This document shows positions 51,711 to 64,000 of a DNA stretch of 64,000 nucleotides, piece by piece. Position numbers and translations under genes: made by a program. The notes under the pieces were generated by a model that worked only from the letters and a program-made list of their open reading frames with translations, ran no database searches and had not been told where the DNA came from. Within the stretch, counting starts at the first letter, position 1. Every line of letters begins with the position of its first letter. The stretch is from assembly GCA_964016885.1 (NCBI GenBank), contig OZ024740.1, positions 5,518,001 through 5,582,000 on the forward strand, in the 5' to 3' direction. This DNA is from Eledone cirrhosa. Taxonomy: Eukaryota.

Positions 51711-52470
51711 GGTTCTTCATCTTTATCTTTCTCTTCTTCATCTGTGTATTCATCTTCTTTGTTTTGTCTTCCATCTAAACAAAAAAATATATATAAAACA
51801 TATATGTAGCCAATTTCTCAGACTTTTACAAAGCTCCAGGGAGATAAATTTAATATAAGTGGTGTGTTCCTGAACAGAGATACTACAAAATAGCTTAAAA
51901 GCTATATATATATATACATATATATATAAATAAATATACACGGGTGTGTATGATTGTGTATAGAAGATTATATTAATAAAAGGAATTCCAACTTTGTCTG
52001 ATTTACTCGTTTTATTTACAATCCTTTAAAATTATAATCGTATTAGAATGAAATAGTATGGTAGAATATTAAGTGTTAAGTGTTAATTGAACAAGTAATT
52101 TCATGCTTTCGCAATCTTCAGGTTCATATTCTGTGGTGACAGTCAAGTTTACAATTTTCAACTGTAATGAGATGGGTAAATTTTGTACCTTATATACAGT
52201 GAAAAGCGGCTACAGAATGCTAAATTTTGCAAACTGTATTTCGACCAATCGGTGTGTATTTTCACTAGATTACTGAAGCTGATTGGTTTAGGCATCACGG
52301 TTGATTGGGCATGTCTAACGACTTCTATTTGGCTCTATTCAAAGCATCAATTGTTTTGCTATTTTAAGAAATGATGAAAATAGCATTTTCTAGGGTTTTC
52401 ATACTCCTAATAATTATTATTGTTCATTTAGCTTGGGTTGGGATTTTGAAACATATTCCCAAATGCAAAT

Positions 52471-52761
52471 ATGAACTGCAAAAGCAGAAATCTAATTTAC
52501 TGGATTAAATGCCCGAATTGTGAAGAACTATATGTCGGTCAAACTGGAAATGCACTATCGGAACGTGCACGGGTGCACCGACAGCAAATCAGAGACCCAA
52601 ATGTCCGTCAGATACCCCTGAGTAACTATCTAGCAGCATGTCGTCAGAAAATATTTATAATATTTCCATTCTACAAATTACACAGGCCAAGTGAAATCAA
52701 GAGAAAAATCAAAGAAAATAATTTTATTGATAAATTCCAACCCAAGCTAAATGAACAATAA
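52471..52761 (+). pseudogene. PLE GIY-YIG endonuclease fragment
   Basis: CKSRNLIYWIKCPNCEELYVGQTG..L.ER..VH...E..FI....PKLN. Confidence 0.85.
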
Positions 52762-53051
52762 TAATTCTTGGGGGCGTAAAAACCCTAGAAAATGCTATTT
52801 ACATCATTTCTAAAAACAGCAAAACAATTGATTCTTTGGATAGAGCCAAATAGAAGTCGTTAGACATGCTCGACCAACCATGGCGCCTAAACCAATCAGC
52901 TTCAGTAATCCAGTGAAACTACACACCAATTGGTCGAAATACAGTTTGCAAAATTTAGCATTCTGTAGCCGCTTTTCACTGTATATAAGGCACAAAATTT
53001 ACCCATCTCATTACAGTTGAAAATTGCAAACTTGACTGTCACCACAGAATA

Positions 53052-53090
53052 TGAACCTGAAGATTACGAAAGCATGAAAGTACTTGTTCA
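53052..53090 (+). ncRNA. Minimal type I hammerhead ribozyme (family E)
   Basis: TGAAC-CTGAAGA-T-TAC-gaaa-GCA-T-GAAA-GTAC-TT-GTTCA; the inverted copy at 52088-52126 has an intact TGC-gaaa-GCA stem II. Confidence 0.75.
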
Positions 53091-53166
53091 ATTAACATTT
53101 AACACTTAATATTCTACCATACTATTCAGATTACATCTATAAAATTCAGATTACATCTATATATAT

Positions 53167-53228
<62 letters not shown>

Positions 53229-53269
53229 TCATATATACACTTCTACGAAATGTAATGTAAAAATACCAT

Positions 53270-55075
53270 TTTCTTCTTGTCTCCCCACCCTTCGGTTCAT
53301 TCATCCATATATCTGTATAATCGGCCAGAATCCAATCCTACTTTCTCAATGCTATTCTATAATTCTGTCTGGCTGTTCTAAATAATCTTGTGTATTTTAA
53401 AATCCCAGTATATCGCTTGTTACTGTTATATGCTTTATTTAAAACCTTCTCCTCACTCGCTAACTACCCCATACCCCTCCCTCCCGCCCCACTCTCCACC
53501 ATTATTATTTGGACCAATCATAAGTCAGCGGCCTATGCTATCACTTCTGGTTGCTTTTCGATATGATGGATGGACCAAGGAATTCTGGAGAGTCTGAAGA
53601 ATCTGAACACTCAGAGACAATGCCAAAGATAACGACAAATTCACCTCATGCTGCCGGACGAAAGGCAAGGACTCCTCCTCTTTGTTTCGGCCGCGGATGG
53701 CCAACATAACCCCAACCCCTCCCCCCTCCCCGCGCCCCACCCACCAGACGCAATCCAAAACTTCAGAGTTGGTACCATGAATGTAGGCACCTTAAAAGGT
53801 CACTCTAACGAGGTTGTAGAAATGATTGAACGTAAGGAGGTTGATGTTTGCTGTATCCAAGAGACCAGGTGGAGGGGCGGGTCTGCTAGATTCATTGTGG
53901 GTAAAAAACGATGCTATAAGCTTTTCTGGGTGGGAAATGACAATGGGCTGGGTGGGGTAGGAATCATGTTAGCAGAAAAATGGGTAGATAAGATAATAGA
54001 CGTAAATAGAGTGAACGACAGAATAATTAAAATAAGACTTGTTCTAAATAGAACTACTGTGACAGTAATATATGCGTACGCACCCCAATCCGGACTGCCT
54101 GGCGCTATAAAAGACAGATTCTATGAGACACTTATCCTCACTACCTCCCAAATAACCGACAGCGACTATATAATTATTGCTGGCGACCTAAATGGTCACG
54201 CTGGACAACATAGTGACGGCTATGACGGAATCCATGGAGGCTATGGGTTTGGTACTAGAAATGAGGAAGGCTCCAGAATCCTGGAATTCTGTGACGCAAA
54301 TAACCTAACTATCTGTAACACTAACTTCAAAAAGCGGGACAATCACTTTATCACCTACAGATCAGGGGAACACACCAGGCAGGTAGATTATATCCTTACC
54401 AGAAGACGTAACAGAGTGTCTGTTGTAAACACTAAATCCCTCCCCCATGAAGAATGCACCTCCCAACATAGACTCATAATTAGCGACCTCATAGTCAGGA
54501 CGAGACGTTCTCGACAACAGAAGAGGACTATCCTCAGGAGAAAAATATGGAAGCTAAAGGACCCCACAGCCAGTAATAAATTTCAAAGCATATTACTTGA
54601 TGCTTTCGACAGTAAGGAAGAGCAATTAGAGTCGTACAATATAGAGGAACAGTGGGAATTACTGAAAGCAAACCTTCTGATGGCGACAGATGAAGTCTGC
54701 GGCTGGCGCAGGCCTATAGGCAGGAGGAGAGTAACGTGGTGGTGGAACAGTGAGGTGGAGTAGTCAATTAAGACCAAAAAGCAGGCTTGGAAAGTATGGC
54801 GGGATGGGGGAAGTAGAGAAGACTATCAAGTGGCCAGGAGGGAAGCTAGGAGATTAGTGTACTTCGCAAGAAGGGAAGCAGAGGAAAGAAAGTTCAAGCA
54901 TGTTCTACAACGCGAGGACCAAAAACGTGAGGTGTTCAGGATTGCTAGGCAATGTGTCAAGGAAAACCGTGATATTGTCGGGGAGAAGTGTGTCCTTAAT
55001 GATGATGGTGTACTTGCCATCACTGACGCTGATAAGAGGGTAGCTTGGAAGTGTCACTACGAAAGGCTACTAAAT
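53270..55075 (+). mobile_element. 5' half of the RTE-clade LINE (5'UTR + APE), 3'-truncated
   Basis: ORF 53648-54763: GTMNVGTL, CCIQETRW, YAPQ, GDLN, VDYIL, SQH. Confidence 0.9.
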
Positions 55076-55105
55076 AAGATTTACCAAAGATCTCGTTAAT
55101 TTATC

Positions 55106-55147
<42 letters not shown>

Positions 55148-55297
55148 CACACATATATATACATACACACACATATATGCATACACACACACATATATAT
55201 ATATATATACACACACACATATGCATACACACACATATGCATACACACACATATATATACATACGCATACACATATATATACATATATATATAGATT

Positions 55298-55392
<95 letters not shown>

Positions 55393-56107
55393 AACGTACT
55401 TGACGATGAGCATTCTAGTTGTTCAATAAACTGATTGAATAATACAAACGATGTTTTAATATACAGATTCATTATTTGTGTATATATAATATATACAAAG
55501 CATATAAATAAATTTACAGTAGAATAACAGAGCAAATATGTTTTAAATATATTCATAAATAATATTACCAATGCTTAAATAACATTATAAATTGCTCGCG
55601 ATTCTTTCACAATGATATATTCCTTTAATGTTGCAATATTAAAGAAAATATACGTATATATATATACATACATATATTTATTCAACTAAGGAAAGTTGGT
55701 TCATTGAAAATCTGCCGACTCTTTCATAAGAGATGACAAACGCTCAACAGGTTATATTTATCCGGAGTTTTATTATAATAATTGTTTCTACTTTGGCACA
55801 AGGCCAGCAATTATCCAGTGTATTACTGGTACTTTATTATATACACACACACATGTATATATATATATATATATACACACATACATATATATACATACAT
55901 AGTAATAATAATAATATTTATACTTATATATGATTATAAATATGAATGGTAGTACTAAGTACTAGCCAGTTACCGGTAGCGGAAAAGGCTCAATGTAAAT
56001 TTTCAAATGTATTACAGAGCCGAGATACAAAATATAAAACAATAAAATCTTAGTTTAATACATTTAATTGCTGATAATTTTTTTTTTACATACATATATA
56101 TATATAC

Positions 56108-56478
56108 ATGGTGGCTGCCAACTCGTTTTCGAGTACGGCCACTACTTTATATCCATGTAGGAGAACCCCTACCGATGCGCTGAACGAGTGTGACTTTTTA
56201 GTCTAGCCAGTGACTTGAAAACTCTGGTACAAACACTACACTTGTGACAATTACTGACACACAGTGCTGGGTCCATGGTACCATGTGATGACAAGTGCAG
56301 AGAGATCTCCAGATATAAAGCAATGCCTGTGCCGTGAAGTTTTTATAGTGAGCAAAGGCACTGCACAAAGCCAGTCCCACTCTCTTAACCAAGATGATAT
56401 TTACCAAAAAGAAGAACATGTCAACATCATTGGATACCATCAGGGTTGCAGGTGTTATATCAGAGTTTTCCTTCTCCT
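56108..56478 (-). mobile_element. Bipartite RTE-derived element, 5'-truncated
   Basis: Matches 11288-11660. Confidence 0.75.
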
Positions 56479-56500
56479 ATATATATACATACATACATAG

Positions 56501-57457
56501 ACTAGACATGAAAAATGCGCAAGCTCAAAAGTGCCACAGAATGTTATAATAAACCTTCAAAAGTGTGGGACTAGAGTTGTTGCTAAAAAATATTGTAATC
56601 ATTATATATCGTACATTCTGTGGCATCCTTTATAAAAATAGCTTAAACCAACGAAGCCTTTATTTTTACGCTATTTCACTTAGTTAATTCTTAGAGTGTA
56701 ACATATAAAAATATGATTTACAACTATAAAATAAATTAATTAATATAATAACAGAGCTGCGGAGCTGAAATTTAGGAAATAATGGAGTATCGGATCCTGA
56801 GTTGGAGCCAGTCAATTTTTGGCCGACTCCGCAGCCCTGTATAATACATTTCATATTAAAGTTATTAATAAACCTATTTTACACTTCATGCAAATTACCA
56901 CGAGATATTGATATTAGATATAAGATACAGCGCAATATCTACAGCTGTAAAAGTACGAAAGCGAAGTAATAATAAGTGGCTTAAGGTAATTCCAATATGA
57001 AAGTTTGTAGTGATAAAAATTTGATAATGCAATACGATTGTTAATATTATAGTTCTATGAAAATGTAACAATATATAACTAAATTAGTTTACTATTAGTA
57101 TATTTAAGAAATTATCATTATAGATTTGATCGTTCATATAAGCATCATATTAAGTTTCAACACAATTATTTTGTTACTATGAGTATATGATAATAATATT
57201 ACGTAATTATTTATAGCTGTTATTACATTAAACATAGATGTATTTATTTTTATATGTTACACTCTAAGAATTAACTAAGTGAAATAGCGTAAAAATAAAG
57301 GCTTCGTTGGTTTAAGCTATTTTTATAAAGGATGCCACAGAATGTACGATATATAATGATTACAATATTTTTTAGCAACAACTCTAGTCCCACACTTTTG
57401 AAGGTTTATTATAACATTCTGTGGCACTTTTGAGCTTGCGCATTTTTCATGTCTAGT
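56501..57457. repeat. About 212-bp perfect inverted repeats enclosing about 530 bp (foldback-like element)
   Basis: 56501-56712 (ACTAGACATGAAAAATGCGC...) is the reverse complement of 57246-57457. Confidence 0.8.
56752..56839. mobile_element. Tiny hAT-like MITE
   Basis: TIRs CAGAGCTGCGGAG / CTCCGCAGCCCTG; near-TSD of 8 bp TATAATAA / TATAATAC. Confidence 0.6.
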
Positions 57458-58049
57458 TTAATATTTTTTTAAGGCAACGCTTGTAATAACTCTAGTTAAA
57501 CAGGATATATATTAATAATAAATTATCGTTGTAATGTAATTAGATTATGTAATTGTTATTATAAATTATCTTATAAATATTAGTGTAAGATGTATAAAAA
57601 TATTTTCAGACTTTTAATATAAACAACTACAAAAAACAATCAATATTAAATCAATATATTATACATAATAGAAAACATAAAATATACAATACAAAAACAA
57701 AATATTTACATACAATTGCAATTATCAGTGTATATACATTTTCTTTATATTCCCTGAGCAAATTAATAAGATTTGTTTTTATTGTACATAATTTGATGAC
57801 TTGTTGGAGTGTATTAAAAGATAGCAACAATTTGTGATTAAATTGTTATCTTAAGCAACTCACTTTTTAATAGTTGTTGGCTGAGCGAAATTGTAAAAGC
57901 CTATGAGCAAATATAAAAAAAAATACACAAACAACATTTCCTTGTGTTATTACAACATTAGATAAAATAATTGAGCAATGTCGTTATATTTTGCTCTTAT
58001 TGCACATTAATAGTGTTTCTATTTTTCGGCACAAATCCATTACGGCAGT

Positions 58050-58180
58050 CCATTACTGGTACTTTATTTTATCGAATTAGTAAGTATGAAAGTCGAAGTT
58101 AACCTCGGCAGGATTTGAACTTAGAATGCAAAGGACCATAACAATACTGCAAAGCATGGTGTCTGACGCTCTACCAATAC
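58050..58180 (-). mobile_element. tRNA-derived SINE (MetaSINE-like core)
   Basis: Reverse complement similar to 5701-5850. Confidence 0.6.
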
Positions 58181-58677
58181 TTGTGTTGAGCTGGTCATTA
58201 ATTTATGGTGGTCGTGCGTGGAGTAGAGCAATCGCTAGTTGAAATATTATGAACAAAACATTTTTATTTGCCGAAGAACATATTTTCGATACTGTTTGTG
58301 AATGTGACGAAGGAAATACATTCTGATATGGAACAGTGTACAAAGTGTGTCTGTGAATAACATAATGTTACCTCATGTTGTTAAGACATAATGGATTTCG
58401 TATATCCAGTTAGAAGATGAAACCTAGCCATCTCGGATTAGTTATATTTCATGCCATGTGTAAACGTGTTTGAGGATAGCAAAATATGCGTGTTTCTTGT
58501 CTGGAAACTTTCTGCTAAACTGATTGGTTTCAGTATATATTTAATATAATATTAATATATTTTGTAATATTATTAACTAATTATTATAATTAGCGCTTCA
58601 GGCTTTGTCTATATACTGAAATAAATTTGTAAGTCATTACCTAATTAAACTCTTTGCTTGAAATGTTATCATTCTTC

Positions 58678-58756
<79 letters not shown>

Positions 58757-60235
58757 GAGAGAGATTTATCTAGTCCTTCGCTCAAGATTAATCTATAAGT
58801 TTAGATGTCTGCCTTCGTTTAAGTAAATATTACAGTAAGATTTTTAATATAAACAACTACAAAAAACAATTAATATTAAAACGAAAAAATTATCAATGAT
58901 AAAAGAAGCGGATGCAACTTTTTTTTTTATAAAGTTATATTCCTGTTTCTTTAAAGAACATTTCATTTTTGTTCTATTGTAGGCGAAATAATGCAATGGT
59001 TTAATAGGGAAGATATAACTTACGAATTATGTCTCTAACCGTGTAACGCTTTTTAAGTAGATAACTACAATTGAAAATACTAAAGAAATGGAACCAACAA
59101 TTCAATTTGAAAGTCGTCTAGTGACAGTGTATTACTGGTACTTTATTTTATCGACCCCGTAACGATGAAAGGCAAAAATGCAAATGCTTAAAATTTAAAT
59201 TGCCTTAATTCTATCGTCTGCTGTTTCATTAAAGGGAGATTCTCGTCTGTATTTAATTCTATCGTCTACTGTTCCACTAAACAGATATACCTCCACTATC
59301 GTCTCTATTTATACATTTTAACTTATAACTTATACACATTTGATTTGAAATATTTTATCTAGTCCCCCCTCTCAATATTATGATGATTTCTTTCGAATGA
59401 AACAGTTCTAGTCCTGTAGAAGCCATTTATATATATAATTGAACTGAGTTAAAAATTCACAATATTTATAATTAAATAAGCTCATATATATATGTGTGTA
59501 TTTATCTGTTTATTGTATTATATATAATGTGTGTATATACAGGATGTCCCCCAAAAATATATACACACTTCAACAGCATTCTAATAACTATTGCCTGTAC
59601 AGGTGATCAAAGTGTCAATCGAATGTTAGTTTCGTGTTTTAACAGTACAAATTTACAATACACACATAAAACCAGTGTATATACATACATGAGTGTGTAT
59701 ACACATACATGAATGTGTATATACAATATATATGTATATATATATATATAGACACATATATTCACGGTGCAACGGTACATTAAAATATAGATGCGGGAGA
59801 GGGGGGGTGTATATATAGGGGCGCTGGGGATAAAGGAGTGTAAAGCGTGTGTAATTGATATATTGAAGGAGAGGAGCGTGCAGCGATAGAGTAACAAATA
59901 TATAGAGAGGGGGAGAGATGGTATTGAAGGGGAGGAGTGCAAAGCGAAAGAGTAAGAGATATAAATAGAGACGGAACAGATAGAGAGAAACAGGCGTAAG
60001 TAACAGTGGAAGAGATATAGAGAGAGGTACTCTGATTGGTTGAAAATTAGCCAATGACATACGATCACCACCACCACGGCTATCCCCGAAAAATTTTTAG
60101 AGAAGCTAGGCATATATGTTAGAACACGAAAAGTGAACATTCTGTTGGTTCACACTTTTCGTGTTCTAACAGATACATACATACATATATATATATACAT
60201 ACATAGATACATGCATACATATATATATATCATAT

Positions 60236-60317
60236 ATTAATAAATGGAAACTATATTTATAAAACCATATTTATTTTATACATATTTCAAGGGCCACCGC
60301 TTTCATCAGATAAAATA
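60236..60317 (-). ncRNA. Degenerate family A hammerhead/pLTR fragment
   Basis: The minus strand reads TATTTTAT-CTGATGA-AAG..CTT-GAAA-TATGTA; homologous to 1500-1598; the stem I/III junction is damaged. Confidence 0.5.
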
Positions 60318-60568
60318 CATATATATACATACATACACATATATATATATGTATGTATGAAACTTAATTATTCGTGTAATGCGACTCCTGTAACGTTTTT
60401 AATAATTATTTGATATTACTTACCATTTTCTTATCTTTTGCTTTTACTATTTCTTCTTTTCTCCTGCGTTTGTTGACATTTGCGCTATTGCCTGGAGAAA
60501 AATGGCGCCAAACTTTTCCTTTTGAAAGAATAATGTGATTTGTCACGTGATTGTGTTCACGTGATATA

Positions 60569-60735
60569 TAGCTGTCAGTTGTGAAAGCAAGCGAAGGTGA
60601 CGTCATTCGTCATCGTTTATTTCCGTATTACTACCACCAAGTAATTCCACTTACGCGTGGTAGTAATACGGAAATAAACGATGTTTTGGTTTCATCGGCT
60701 GCTTTCGACTGACAGCTAATAGCGTTGTAGTGCCA
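60569..60735. mobile_element. Palindromic MITE of the 32635/37212 family
   Basis: Internal inverted repeat CATCGTTTATTTCCGTATTACTACCAC and terminal GACAGCTAATAGCGTTGTAGTGCC. Confidence 0.6.
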
Positions 60736-61416
60736 ATAAATGTGTTGTGGTAGCTGAAATACCTGACAAAATTTGTATGGATGGATGGCTGGAACGTAGC
60801 TAAATCAACTCTAATGATTCATTTTAGCCTTTCAGGGTAGAGTGTGTCTTATCTCTTCAATAACTTCAAGATGAGTGAGGAGGAATGGGTGAAGAGGGAA
60901 AGGGAGGTAATAGGTGGCTTAGAGATAGATTGAAAGATAGAGATAGAGAGAGGGTAGCCATCATAGAGAGGGGATCGCCGTCAAGGCTGACAAACTAACC
61001 GATAGAATACAGCATGGCAAAGTAGCCGATAGAATACAGCAACAATAATAACCAGTCATGGCCTGTAGCCTTTGATGGAAAAATAGACAGATTGAGAGTC
61101 AGCATGTGTGTGTATATATATATATATACACACACACGCACACATATATGTATATATATAACTATATAGAAGTGATGGTGGTGGTGGTGGAGTAGGTGGT
61201 GTTGGTGGTGGTGTAGGTGGTGGTGGTGTGTTTTGTTTTATTAGGTGTTACTCAACAATTGTCATAGAATGTCAATGGTTTTTCATGACATTGAAATATT
61301 TATCACTCAGCTCTCTACAGTGGCCACCTGGCTGACAAACAGCTCCCACCACGGTCATTTCATCAACCTCCTAGTCACTACTAGATTCTACTGAATCCAC
61401 ACTAAACTGGGACTTC

Positions 61417-61455
<39 letters not shown>

Positions 61456-61457
61456 GC

Positions 61458-61506
<49 letters not shown>

Positions 61507-61590
61507 GCAACAACAACAACAACAACATCAATAACAACAACAACTATAACAAGAATAACAACAACAACAATAACAACAACAACAATAACA
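61417..61590. repeat. (CAA)n microsatellite
   Basis: Directly visible. Confidence 0.9.
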
Positions 61591-62139
61591 TCAACGTTAG
61601 TCTCCCCCTCCCCCTCCTGATATGCCACCCACCACTGTTCGCAGTTGCACATGTGCTGTTGTCATGGTGATTAAGATGCATGAGAACAGGTAATAACTGC
61701 AACTTCCTTAAATCAGTAAGATGTTGTTACTATGGTAACTGGATGAACCTCATTCATCAGTAGTTTTTCAACTGATATTAACTGAAACCTTAATGAGATT
61801 GCTTAATGAATCTCAAATATTTTCTCTTCTGATGTTCATCACCATCACCACCATAACCATCATCATCATCCTCATTACCATCATCATTATTGCCACCATC
61901 ACTGCCATCATCATCACTATCATAACCATCATCCTCACCATTAAGATCACCATCACCATTGACATCACTATCACTATCATCATCACCATCACCTTCACTA
62001 TCAACATAACCATCGTCATCACCATCACCATTGACATCACCAATATTATCACCATTACCATTTAATATACATATGTATACAGTATTTATATGTATACATA
62101 CATACTGTCAGCAGCGATTTGTGTTGAACAAAGCACATC

Positions 62140-63300
62140 TCTAAAATTGTCAAGAGGGCTGAGGGTGTCTTAGCATCACTCAGCAAGACCTTTGTCAGCC
62201 GCTTTCCAGCTATCTATTTAAAGCTGTACATGGCTATGGTGCGGCCACACTTAGAATTTGCATCACCAGTCTGGAACCCCTATCTTGCTCAGAACATTGA
62301 CCTCCTGGAAACTGTTTAGAGACGTGCAACCAAGCGAATACCCTCCATCAGGCATCTACCATACTCTGAACGCCTTGCTTCCCTGGGCATGGATACATTG
62401 AAGCTCTGACTTCTGGCAACTGACTTGGTAAACACCCAAAAAATTGTTAACCATCTTGCCAACAACAACCCTAAATACCTTTTTGATTTCCATGTGTCTA
62501 ACACACGTGGACATGCTTACAAAGTCAGAAAACAGCACAGCTCCCATGACTTTCGGAAACATTTTTTCACACTCAGAGTTGCTGAAGCATGGAACAAACT
62601 ACCTGCATCAGTTGTTAGCTGTCGAGACACTGCATCCTTTAAAACCTCTATGGAACAAACCACCTGCATCAGTTGTTAGCTGTTGAGACACTGCATCCTT
62701 TAAAACCTCCATAGAACAAACTACCTGCATCAGTTGTTAGCTGTCGAGACACTGCATCCTTTAAAACCTCCATGGAACAAACTACCTGCATCAGTTATTA
62801 ACTGTCGAAACACTGCATCCTTTAAAACCTCCATGGAACAAACTACCTGCATCCTTTAAAACCTCCATAGAACAAACTACCTGCATCAGTTGTTAGCTGT
62901 CGAGACACTGCATCCTTTAAAACCTCCATGGAACAAACTACCTGCATCAGTTATTAACTGTCGAAACACTGCATCCTTTAAAACCTCCATGGAACAAACT
63001 ACCTGCATCAGTTGTTAGCTGTTGAGACACTGCATCCTTTAAAACCTCCATGGAACAAACTACCTGCATCAGTTATTAGCCGACGAGACACTGCATCCTT
63101 TAAAACCTCCATGTTTCCTGAAATCTGCCAACACTATACCTGATATCCCCCTCCATACACACGCACACATGCATATCATGACTCATACACTGTTCACTTC
63201 CCTGACACTTGTACATTATTCTATGTACTATACATGTACCTGTGGTGAGTTGTAGTGTACCTGAGCACTGTACACAACAATTTCCTTATTATCATTGTTA
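62140..63300 (+). mobile_element. CR1-clade LINE 3' end with internal 61-bp tandem amplification
   Basis: LY.AMVRPHLEFASPVWNP, RRATKRIP, TRGHAYK and FFTLRVAEAWNKLP motifs; the 3'UTR tail also occurs at about 6400-6480 on the minus strand. Confidence 0.85.
62589..63110 (+). repeat. 61-bp tandem repeat, 8 full copies + one 34-bp copy
   Basis: ATGGAACAAACTACCTGCATCAGTTGTTAGCTGTCGAGACACTGCATCCTTTAAAACCTCC. Confidence 0.9.
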
Positions 63301-63701
63301 TTTATACATACATACGTATATATGTATTAATTTATAACTCTATAAAGTTAACTGTCTCTAACATGTAAACATCTCAATGAAAGGATAAGATAAATTCTTC
63401 TAATATTGGTTGTTCCAATGTCTTGGATTCCCTGATGTTGTATCTTGAGTTCCAGAAACCATGCTTCGGGTCTTAAATAAGTTAAAGCCAACCTTTTTTT
63501 TTTTAGCCAATTCAGTTTGTATCCCCCCAAAATGATATTTTTGCTTAAATTTAATATATCTTGTATATATCATCATCAACATCATCATCATTGTTTAATG
63601 TCTATCTTCCACGCTGGCATGGGTTTAGACGGGAATTGTCCCACTTGAGGCAAGATTGGTCAGGAGACCATGTCTCGCTTGTATAGGACTGTGTCTCTCT
63701 C

Positions 63702-64000
63702 TATATATATGAATGTATATATAGTGTATTTTGCAATACACTGTATGCTTAATTAAAAGCATTTTGAAGACCATGTTTTAAAGTAGCGCCATTGTCGCTT
63801 ACTTAAATTTTAGGCAGACAAGGGGAGATAAGTTGACAGCGCTGTTTCGTACTAATTGGCAGATGGGGGAGAGTACTGAGTTTTGACAAGTACCAATTAG
63901 TACGAAACAGCGCTGTCAACTTATCTCCCCTTGTCTGCCGAAAATTTAAGTAAGCGACAATGTCGCTACTTTAAAACAATAGCGTATGGTCTTCAAAATG
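63702..64000 (+). mobile_element. Retrozyme/pLTR-like element (family F) with inverted 5' head; continues past the window end
   Basis: 63760-63859 is the reverse complement of 63893-64000 (with an indel); contains an HHR; the 3' motif is homologous to family D. Confidence 0.75.
63858..63939 (+). ncRNA. Extended type I hammerhead ribozyme with U3-A8 core variant (family F)
   Basis: GGCAGAT-GGGGGAGA-gtact-GAGTT-TTGACAA-GTAC-caatta-GTAC-GAAA-CAGCGCTG-TC-AACTT-a-TCTCCCC-tt-GTCTGCC; GUC triplet (predicted cut after 63917). Confidence 0.78.

Larger units (their letters stand above)
52052..53126 (+). mobile_element. 5'-truncated Penelope-like element (Neptune-like GIY-YIG end) with inverted pLTR
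   Basis: Arms 52052-52442 and 52737-53126 are reverse complements flanking a GIY-YIG ORF; each arm has an HHR. Confidence 0.85.

Noticed and set aside
59740-60172. Possible Helitron-type element with a terminal hairpin at 60117-60171
   Set aside because: The hairpin is real, but the ends and family could not be established by eye.

Overview
Eukaryotic (animal) DNA that is AT-rich, microsatellite-rich and almost entirely transposon-derived. The SINE/RTE repertoire resembles coleoid cephalopod (octopus-like) genomes; this is an inference. Only one plausible host exon was found (5562-5665, resembling the coiled coil and neck of a kinesin-14), so most of the window may be one very large intron. 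It contains about 7 decayed RTE-clade LINE copies with a PHD finger inside the RT region, a second RTE family and its bipartite non-autonomous derivative, CR1/L2 3' ends, an R4-like restriction-endonuclease LINE end, a compact Ty3/Gypsy element with both LTRs and a 5-bp TSD, MITEs, a mariner remnant and a Helitron-like element. The main result is a hammerhead-ribozyme (HHR) system read directly from the sequence. At 20.1-28.8 kb a (TA)n-rich locus holds a Penelope-like element (RT + GIY-YIG, Hydra-like) with a variant HHR in its 3' region. Beside it are two non-coding head-to-tail arrays (about 490-nt and 310-nt monomers), each monomer carrying a minimal type I HHR and each array capped by an inverted copy; these are putative circRNA-forming non-LTR retrozymes. 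Six HHR sequence families occur in the window. The 310-nt family and an element at 63.7-64 kb have dissimilar ribozymes but share a covarying two-hairpin 3' motif that ends at the (TA)n junction, a candidate mobilisation signal. All structures were paired by eye; no folding or database search was run.
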